From: Magallana gigas
Taxonomy: Eukaryota
NCBI RefSeq assembly: GCF_963853765.1
Contig: NC_088857.1
Location: forward strand, 47,678,001 to 47,742,000
DNA: 64,000 nt
Direction of reading: 5' to 3'
Of the stretch, positions 50,609-61,400 are shown piece after piece. Position numbers and translations under genes: made by a program. Numbering within the stretch: position 1 is the stretch's first letter; each line of letters starts with the position of its first letter. Under the pieces are notes generated by a model that saw only the letters and a list, made by a program, of their open reading frames with translations, did not search any database and was not told the DNA's origin.

Positions 50609-51834
50609 ATGGGTAAGTAGTTTTTAAACTTATCATTTCCAATTTTTAATTGTTTAAGGACATTTCTATATATGCATAAATAAACATTAGTTCAATAAAT
50701 GTTACTCATTTTAATGGTTTTGATTAGCATTGATTTCAAATGTCAAGTTGATTTTTCAAAAGCTTGTGAAAAAAATTTATTTAATAGTTCACACAAGATC
50801 CCCTTCGCAAGAACTGATTCTCCCCCCTACAGACCCCCTACCCCCTGAGGAGCCCCAGATCCCGCCTGACTGGCACACCTTCCACTTTTATGAGAACCCG
50901 TACCTGAGCGGCCTATATGGGGCCCTAGGGGGACTACTGGTCGGGGGTGCCCTCCTGGGGATCCTCTGGTACTTCTATGGCATAGAGTTCCTCCTCTCCG
51001 TATACATCGCCGGTCCGATGGCCCTCCTGCTGCTAATTGGGATGAGTCTCTCTGTGGCATGCCGGTGCATCATCTGTATCCTGGTCCCCGAGCTCCTGGG
51101 TAAGTACGGGCGGTGGGTGCTCTACTCCCTCCTCCTGGCAGCCCTGGTCAGTGGGCCAGTGTCCAATATCTCCACCAACATGGAGCGCATGTCCAACAGC
51201 ATGAGCTGTAGCGTGGAGATGATCAAAAACCAGACAAGGGACCTACAACAACAGTTCCTCGACCCTTTCAATGACATCAAGGCAAGTGGCTTCTTGCATG
51301 GGATACCATGATAAAGAACTTTAATTTGTGGTGACTCTTTAAAAAAATTACCTGTAATCAATCAGTTATGGTGACTTATTTTCATTTTCATGACAGAACC
51401 TATGTAAAATTGACTAAAAATGGCATGCATTTTTGCAACTATGATGTTCTTGCCAACCTTGTGAAATTTTCTATCAAATAGCAAATAATACTGTAAATTC
51501 TACATGTTTAATTAGGAATTTACAGTAGCTGGTTTACAGAATGGACTCTAACTATTGTTTTTTGTTGTTGTTAAGTTTACTTTTTCATTGATGTTTTCAG
51601 GAAGAGGTCATAAAAATAGAAAACAAGATAAAACTTGTTGCGAAAGTCATTGAGACAGCCATGAAACCTATCACAAATGCCATCGCTGCCACTGCTTCAG
51701 GGGTCAAAGATGCAGCTAACTACCTCAAAAAAGCGGCAGATGTATGCTCTTACTCTATTAAGTACAAAATCAGCATCCTCATATAAAGCTATAATACTTT
51801 ACTACTATGCTTAAATATAGGATACTGTAAGCTT

Positions 51835-51871
<37 letters not shown>

Positions 51872-52701
51872 GAACAATAGGTATGATAAAATCAGCTTAA
51901 TGGAGTCATAATACAAACTATCTGGACAATGTACAATATTACATGTAGATCCTGTATAAATAAAATCCATTTTTCCCCTGGATATTCTTATGTTTATAAT
52001 CATTAGTCCCTTTTCTAACAGGCTGATTTTATAGTGATATCACATTATGAGTATTGCAGTCTCAAAAAGATCCTTTATAATTGTTTATATATGGGATATA
52101 AAGCTACATCAAACTCTGAAACTTCTTGTGAGGCCGAAGAATTGTCCTGGAGCCAAAGTCTTAACAATTATAAAGAATCAGCTGGCTGATTAGTTTCTGA
52201 GAAGATTTTAAAAGATTTACTCTATATATTTCTATGTAAAACTTTAACACCCCCCCCCCCAATGTGGCCCAACCCTACCCCCAGGGATCATGATTTTCAC
52301 AACTTTGAATCTACACTACCTTAGGATACTTCCACACAAGTTTCAGCTTTCCTGGCTGATTAGTTTCTGAGAAGAAGATTTTTAAAGATTTACTCTATAT
52401 ATTCCTATGTAAAACTTCGACCCCCCATTGTGGCCCCACCCTACCCCGGGGGTCATGAATTTCACAACTTTGAATCTACACTATCTGAGGATGCTTCCAC
52501 ACAAGTTCAGCTTTCCTGGCTTTATGGATCTTGAACAGAAGATTTTTGAAAATTTCTCGAAATTGTTCATTAATTTCTAATTATCTCCCCTTGCAAATGG
52601 GTGTGGCCCTTAATTTTCACAACTTTGAATCCCCTTTGCCCAAGAATGAAAATGTGACAAGTTTACGGACAGACGGACGACAGACAAAATGTGATCAGAA
52701 T

Positions 52702-52735
<34 letters not shown>

Positions 52736-55442
52736 GACAAAGAAATACTTAGTTATTGAATTCTATGCTCAAACTTCACAAGAATCACCACAGCTTTTGA
52801 GCTGTATTATGATTTACCACTGCAAACATTCACTTGCATAACCAAAATTTAGCATGATTATAGTGATTCTTAATATTTTCAGGATTGCAAAAACATGTTC
52901 AACAGCGCCTATAACTCCTGCACTAATTTCTTCAGTAATGCCTACAAGAAGTGCAAATCTGCAATAGACAAGATTCCTGTGGTTGGCAGTCTCAGAAGGA
53001 AGAGGAATAGTGAAGGTAGTATTAAGACCAAGCCTGGTGTTCCATGCATCAAAGTACTGTCCAAACCCCAAATAAAAAGTAATGAATTTCAGATATAAAA
53101 GATGAGGTGCTGTTTCTGCTAAATGAACTTTTTCAGATATAAAAGAGGGTTGCTGTTTCCGCTAAACAACAAAAAATGCTCAAATTTAAACGCAATAGAC
53201 AAGATTCCTAAACAACAAGAAATGCTCAAATTTAAACGTTTGTTTGCAGGTAAAATTGTATTCATTCAAGATGTCTTTATTCAATGGAATGAAATGGAAG
53301 ATGAGAAACACAGACAGCTCTGGGAAACTCAAGCAGAGGAAATTCTGGAGGAGACTTTGAATGAATACTTAACCCTATATCCAAATCAAAAACTACCAGT
53401 ACAACCTCGTTTGAAAGAAAAATACTTAAATATGACAGTTCGTAGGTGAGAACTTTAATTCACAGTAATAATAGCTAATATTGGAGTTACTTAAGTGTGC
53501 ATATTGATGAACCACTGCAATGTAATTTCCATCTTTGCCCAGATTTCGGCGCGGGGCTGTCTCAGCTATATGTGAGGTGGTCAATGTGGGCGGAGCGTTT
53601 TGTGCCCCTCTGAAGCTGACCAGCGGGATATGTACTCCTCTGGAAACTATCTCAGATGCCCTGGACTTCATAGGATCAGGCCTCAACGCACTGTATGAAA
53701 CTATCAAGAATGCCTTCTACTTCAACATCATCAAGAAATGGTATCTGATAGGTCTGAATGATGTCAGCAAAACTGCAGCAGCAATGGTGGCAGAAATCGC
53801 CTCCTACTTCTCTTTTCACACCTATATCATCTACACCAGTCTCTCCTTCCTCACTAAATGGACTTCCCTTCTCCTCATTCTGATGCTTCTACAAAGCGCC
53901 CTCTACCTCCAACACTATCTCTCTCAAATAGACTTTGACAACAACTACATCTCTCTAAACTTCAGACGTTTCGATCGGGACTGCAGACGACTTGGTAAAC
54001 CATCAGCTCTACCCCTCCAGAAAAACGAAACCTCTCAGTATATCTCTACAGCCACCATTGCTTTAAATGGAACAGAAATCAAAAAGAGCATCCTGAGTAT
54101 ACTTCAGCTGTTACTGAACATCATATTCTATGCTGTTGTAGTGTTCTTTGACTATGTATTTTACTACGTTGTTTATTTGGTCCACACCTATGGAAATGTT
54201 TACATTGATTTCTCTGGTTCAATCAACATTTACTTTGCTATAACAGGAAACGGATGGATTGCCAATCTTCTCCAAGGCTTAATCTCAGGAATCAACATCA
54301 AGGATAACTACTACACTCAGTACAATGTGACCAAATGTCTACCTAACCCGTCCTATCCAGACACCAACAACTTCTACCTTCTACTGGCGCTCAATGGCGG
54401 TGTACTTGCAACCATACTGCTGCAGAGTTACTGTTATCGACTTAAGCGAGCTCTGTGTGGACTCTTTTACAAAACACGCGAGGAGGAGAGAATTCGATAC
54501 CTTCACAACAAAATACTGCACCACAGGAAATTCAAACTTCAACAAATGAAGTTTCGACTCAAGAATTCTAAACAAGAGCGTGATGCCCATCAGACACTGG
54601 CAAAGATGCCTCTGATTGGGAAAATATTCCATGACAAAAGTCACAAGCGCTCCTGTTTACACTGTGAAGTTCTGGATGATGATGCTCCACATTTTTACAC
54701 TTGTTCAAGAACCAGCTGCTATGCTGACTACTGTGAAAACTGCTTCAATGAAATGGGAAAACAATGTCTGTTGTGCTCAAAGAAAGATCACTGGCCAAAC
54801 CAAGGGGAATTGTGGGAAGGTATTTCACCTGACTTACCATTTTCCTCTTCTTTTGAGAACAAACATGAATCTGAAGCAAGGATTGACCCATCTGACAAAC
54901 TACCTCTGTTGCATGGTACTGAAGGAAATGACCTCACCTTTCAAGGACTAAACAACCTCGCTTTTTCTGGCGAACCACAAGCTGCTCACCCAGGGTCCTC
55001 CTTGGGACTAGTAAGTAAATTAACGGGCCACACTCCACCTACACTTACAGGGAAAACCAGCTCTACCTTGGCTGCAGTCCTCCATCCTGAGAGTCTCTCC
55101 ACATTTTCTGAGTCAGCGTCTTCTGATCAGGAGAAAAGCACACACAAAACACACCTCAATGTGGATACAGGGTCAAGGTTAACTCATGAAGGTCACACGG
55201 AGGTGCCTTTGCATGAAACAAATAGAAGTTTAAAATCTAATGAGGAGTCTCCTAAAAAAATGAATGTAGCTTCAAAGTCACACCAAGATAGTCACCATAT
55301 GGCAACTGCTAAAAAGAGAACAAGTTCAAGGTCAATTCAAGAAGGTCAAGGCAAAAACAAAGAGTCTCCTATTGAAATGGACACAAGGTCACAGATACCT
55401 CAACAGGGTTCCATAGCAACTAATAAGTCCACAAAATTTTGA
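50609..55442 (+). CDS. DC-STAMP domain-containing protein (DCST1/DCST2, sneaky/spe-42 family), multi-pass membrane protein with C-terminal RING-like finger
   Basis: Exons 50609-50612 (ATGG), 50788-51281, 51601-51741, 52883-53015, 53250-53445 and 53543-55442 total 2868 nt (955 aa + stop). N-terminal TM helices, SLSVACRCIICILVPELLGKYGR and GPVSNISTNMERMSNSMSC motifs, Cys-rich loop, FDNNYIS motif, EEERIRYLHNKIL, Cys cluster CLHC...CSRTSC...CENC...CLLC, then a long Ser/Thr/His-rich tail. One GC-AG intron. I cannot tell DCST1 from DCST2 by eye. Confidence 0.9.
51837..52735 (+). mobile_element. Non-autonomous Helentron-type (HINE-like) element with ~2 tandem ~170-bp core repeats, in a DCST intron
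   Basis: Same termini as 46865-47640, a (gacg/gaca)n tract near 52665-52685, and tandem core units at ~52200-52520. Confidence 0.8.
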
Positions 55443-58400
55443 TGACAATATGTTATGAATCATAATAATAAAGAGGTATCACTACAGATGAGAACATTTA
55501 GAAGAAAGCATCCAATTGGTCATTTAGTATTACTAGCATGATGCTTAATGATATATCTGTTATCGATTTTTTTCTTTAAAAAATTTATAAAATATTACTT
55601 TTTTAACTTTTATCCATTGATATATTTAAAAATACAATATGATATACATTCGTGAAATTATTTTCTTTTCTTCTATTAATAACCTTACAATATTCTTGGA
55701 ACAAAAAAAACACAAAAAAAAATAAACAAACAAACAAAGACAAGTTAAACAGAGGAACAAGAAGTAACCAAAAATCCTAAAGGCATGATGTTCTTACCTA
55801 CCGCTATGTTCTCCATATACTTATTAAGGGAGAAACTTACATTTGTGTGCCTTTCCTTCCACCTGTGTAAAAAATCCTCATGGTTTTTCCAGTGTCAGTT
55901 TCATATGTATGATGCAACACACAATGTGACCTCATCCAAAATTCTGTGACATGAAAGTGAAACAACAATGACTTGTTTATATAAATATATGTATGCATTA
56001 GAAACCATGCAGCTTAAGGGAAGTAACTCCTCTGTTCTTGTCAGAGAATGCTTTTTTGTGATACCGGCTCACACACTGGGAATTAAAGAAGATGGAAATG
56101 ATTTGTCTAAAATTTTTTTTACTTATTTAAAAAAAACATAACAGATATTTGCTGAACTTTAAAAAAATGAGGTGGAAAAAAAGAACTCAGAAATCCGTTA
56201 TCAATGACTTTGCTTTCCTTAGACTCTACACTGTATCATAATTTACATGTACAATTGTCTTGTATTAGGACATGCTAGGCTCATATCGCATTCTTGGTAC
56301 ATTTATTAAACATAATGGTTTAATCACTTTTAAATTAAATCGTTCCAAACTACTTTGTTTCTTCTTGAATTACTACATTTATTTCTTTTTATACATACAT
56401 GTATACATGCATGGTTCCATGCTCTCAGAGTGTATATATCTGAGAGTGACTCACGGGTAACTAATAAATAAATGATTACTGTCAAATTATCAGTCAGATT
56501 GTGAAATGTCTTTCACGAACTAATTAAACTAATTAACAGCTTACCTGTCACAATAAACAAAGTCTCCATAACAGAACATAAGGTGTTTAGCGATCTGAAC
56601 ACACACAAGGGCAGACAACTCCAGCATAGCTTAAGACCAGCCCATTTTCTCCTGCGATTCTATTGGCTGATGAAATGCCTGGAAGAAAAATGACAGTAGC
56701 TATTATAAACACAACACTGAACACATGTGCTTACAATGGCATGGCTCACAGTAAATTTAATGGACACAAATTTCTAAAAGGTGTATAGCTAGAGACAATG
56801 GTCCGAGTAAACATGGAGTAGCCGGAGAGAACAGAGAGATATATCATCTGATTACACAAGTCTTACATTGGCCTCTGATGACAATGTTTGAGGATTAGGA
56901 ATTCTCTGTTTTTTTTCTCTTGATTTTTTGATGATGGATCTAACTATGAGTTCAGTATTTCTGTTATTGTTACCTATTTGGACTGCGCTGGTCAGCGCCG
57001 GAGTAGACGATATGTGGGATGGATTAAACAGTAAGTTCAATTTATTTATATTTCTAATCAAAACTAAGAAAAAAACACATCAAAGCAGCATTTTTCCAAG
57101 GAAATTTTGTGAATTTTAATTTTAATTCTACTTTGGTCCCCACAGTTAATTGACAAGGTGTGACACAATATCAATGTTATCTTAATTCTTTAATGTCATT
57201 ATCACTTCTAAGCATTCTGAGGGTGGATTTAATCTGATAATCTTTTTAATGAACCATACAAAACAAGAACTCCTTTACATTCCTCATTCAATTAAACTCC
57301 AAAGCCCTCCTTTTCAAAACCTGGATTTCAAAGCAAGATTTGTAATTAAACGAGATCATAGGTATGTCATGAATTTTACTTTTGGAAAACTCAAAGAGAA
57401 TTAGTATTGAAAGATTTAATTTTATCTATATTACAACTAGTAAACCTTAAACAGTTCTTGTAAAAAGATCTTCCACTTTAAGAAATAGGTGGGACCCCCT
57501 AGAACAGCTTATTAACTAATGTGATCATATTACAAAGCATATCTGATAGTGTTTCAATTAGGAAAGCAAAATTGCTAGAGCCTTATTATCTCTGCTTTTA
57601 AATTTTAAAGACAAAAAAAGATATTCGAATTTAAAGAAAAAATATAAGAGAAAGAGAAACTGCTCAGCTAAGGATGAGATCAATAAATTGAAATAACTGC
57701 CGATTTCCACTAAAATGTTGGCTGCTGAATTTCCCTCTGGAGTCCAAGTAGTCGCAGCGAACCAAGTGTGGGAAATTGTGATCTCTGGTACACACTGGGA
57801 TAGTGACAGGAAATCACACGGCCATGGTCACAATCACTCTTACACTCAGACCCGGGAGAAAGTCCGCTAAAGCCTTCCTATTCTGTTCTACATAATGGAT
57901 GCCGTTTGCCGTTTTTATTGCTAATAGAAAACATAAACATAGATCAGAACTCACAATGGCTCAGGCCACTTTCGAATTTCTTAGTCATACATTTTGAGCA
58001 TGTTTTTTTGCCAGCGATATAAAAGGAACACTAGGTTTCTAATCAGTGAGGAATTACCCAACAGCCATCAAAATGGTCCTCCGAGACTACTACTAAAAAT
58101 GTTATCTCTTAAAAGTCTCTGGGATACCAACACCAAAACCCCCATTTGACAAATACGCCAACCAAATAAGCACTAAATATTATAAAGTTTTTGAAAACCT
58201 TTTTCATTAAACAGGGATTGGAGTGTACATTTACTTAAACGAGAATTAATCTCTTCTGAGGAATAACGACTCATTAATCCAAATGATAACATCCCAGGTA
58301 AATGAACAATAATTTACCTGAACTTATCGCCAGAGTAATGAGTTTTCTTAGGTCATGACCTCTGTCTAAGGACAAGACTCGGATAAAAATCTCAAGTAAG

Positions 58401-61400
58401 GCAGGAGACAGGGCTGGATTTGAGGGATAATATCCGAGTGGATAAATCATTAATAATTTAGTAAGTTCTCTGTCATTCAGAGACAGCAGACACAGGCAAT
58501 CAATACACAAAACCAATCCAATTAAAAAGAGCTTCCAGATCAAAGGCAGAATCACCTGGCCAAAAATAAACACAAAGAATGACTCCTGTAAGTCACCCTT
58601 CAATAATCAACAATCTTTACATTTAACTTCAGCGATTTTCCTTTTGAAATTGTAGAAATTGACCTCCACATTTCAGCAGATTTTAATACGAAGGACTTTA
58701 AAATTCTTAAGATAAATATGTACATTGAAGACAATGCAGGTGAGAAAATTGTGTGAGCACAAGACACCTGTGTTTATCATTTATCAGTGATGATAATAAG
58801 TAAGTTACCTTAGATAAATATATAAATACCCATGGAATGAAAATTAGTGAAAATCATTCATTGAATCACTGATGTACCCTAAGATTGGGACTGCTTTCAA
58901 TGTTGCCCAGGCAATTCATTACAGACATCATCTTTTGAAATAAAAGAATACCTTAATCCAAACAAATATCACAATCCAATTAACATAGCTTGTTTTAATT
59001 CCAAACTCTCAATGTCCCCAAGACATAAAGCCCATTAGAAAATGAAATTAAAAGGCCTTCTCTTTTGTGAGATATCGAATGTAGAGCTTTGAAAATCGAT
59101 TACAAAATTTTCTGTTAACAGTCTTCGACAATGAACCAAGAAGGTGCTAGGTGGGATAATTGTCAGAGGATAAACAAAATCTGATTGCTCCAAAAAATTG
59201 GACCTAGACTAATTTTCTCTTTGTTCCTTGACAAATTTTGACCTCCCTGCAGGCATCACTTAATGGAAGCGGTTTTTTTTCTAATCAAACTTTCCACCTT
59301 ATTTTCTGATCACCTGGATTCACATTAGGGTTTTTATCTTACAACAATTAGGATTCTTCCTTTTTGCACAGGCAGATGCATTTTTACAAATGAATCGATA
59401 CATTTCCATTTGTTAATGTGTTGAATTTAATTTTTTTTAGACAATTTGAAATAAATTTTAATGATCATTTCCTCGTTAAAAATATGAGAACAAGTTTTCT
59501 TCCCGAGGCTTAAATCAAAGTGATCAATTCTTTATACATATTGGATATTTAAATAATTCTAAATGAGATTATAAAAGTTTATACTTTTATATATATAAGC
59601 TGTTTGAATCAAAGTCTGATTTTTCCGTAGAGCAATTAAACAGTATCAACATAGTATCAATGAACTAAACATCCCGCTTCTTTGTGAATGGGACGATCAG
59701 AGGCGCCGGGAACTTGTGTATTTCAGGTCTTATGACACCTGATAGACCTGTACTCGGAGCATTTAATACATATGATATAGGACCAGAACATCATTACATT
59801 GTGGTCTTTTGAAATGTGCCTTCTCTGTGACAATCAATCAGCAGGACTGTGTCATTATGTAATTTGTCTCCTCTAGTAAGATGACAACTTGCCTTTTGTT
59901 ATGGCTGCACAGGTAGATATTATCAGGATCAAGCCATGACATCGGCACAATCGTAAATCACAAAATCCCTAGCTATGAGCACGCTCACATCTCATAAAGC
60001 ACTGTGAATCAGCTTTACCCTCCATACAATTAATATGCCCTCAGGACTTCCCACAGACAAGCGGCTTTAATACAATAATTAATAACTGGTCAGTGAGCAG
60101 TTACAATAAACTTTCTCAATTACAATACAATCTGTGCAAGGAGGCTTCAAATATCCCTTTTCCATCACTACATTTATCAGGGATATTGTTGAGACAGGGA
60201 TTTGAGACAGAGAGAAAGGATCTCTACTCATTGTCCAGATGTTTCTACTGTTACTTCCGAGAGATAGATGCAGATCATGGGGAGTATCATTGTCAGAATT
60301 ATCTCTGCTATGTTTTTGTACTTGTATCATGTTGGAAGACAATGAAGTCCTATGATAATATACTCTGTTACTTTTGGCAGGGTAATTATGCGAGCGCGAC
60401 ATTCATTCCTCATGTTTTCCTACTAGTAGCAACCTATCATACGATGATTAAGTCCTATCAAAATGTCTTCTGCTGGTTTGACAGCACTATTATGCTGCTA
60501 CATTGTACATTTGGAATGTATTTCATGGAAATAGCAAGTTATCATCTAAATGAGCTCTGTAAATGTCAGAAAGACCTCGCAGATAATCAGTAAAACTCCC
60601 TGAAATTATGAAGCAATTCTTATTTTAGAATCAAGTAGGTTTGCAAAATAATTAACTTTGAAGTACTGGTATATGCACCGTATCCTGCGGAATATTTCAT
60701 TATCTGGAGATCTCAAGGTGCTTCTGAGGAGATGATTCAAACTATGGGGCTAATGTATGTGTCCCCCACTTCAGAAATATTGATATTTCCTTCTCACAGA
60801 AATTTAAGTGATATAGAACAAAAGTCCAGTCATCTCGAACAGAATTCTAGGTTAAGTGACAACAGGCAATAGAAGATCGCAATTTATTTCATGACTTTGT
60901 AAGCTTACCAGGCTGAACTGTGAAAACAAATGGAGCATTATTTTTACACAGAAGAATTTATTTTTGGGTCTCAATTTCAGTTTTTCACAAGAGAGCACAT
61001 CAAGAAAATATTTCTCCCTGGCTGATTGGGCAGATAGCAGGGAAAACAATAGCAGATCAATGTGTCTGTGATGTGAGGCAAGCAGGAAACACACAGCACT
61101 TCTTTTTTTCTCTTTGATAATCCCCTTTCTATTTGGTGGCTTGAAAGAAAAGTGCCAATTACTGAGGCACTTCCTATGTATCTATGCTTGTCTCCTAATT
61201 CCGATAAATCAAACTCATATTGCAGCAACCATTTTTTGGCCCATTTTACCCCTGCTGACACTAGCTGATCAGGTTATATAAAAGCTTTAATCCTAGTCAA
61301 TACCTTTGTGTTAGTATTATCTGCTTTCAAAATACCTTCATGCAGATGTCAACAAAATAAACATTCATGTAACTCGATCTAATTGTGATACATGAGAGGA

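Noticed and set aside
56020-56060. Minus-strand HSLTRTE as the CARS LYNSLTR exon
   Set aside because: The preceding residues do not match and there is no phase-0 donor.
60093-60593. 166-aa ORF with weak internal repeats
   Set aside because: No splice context or recognisable domain; it looks like a degenerate ~100-bp repeat.
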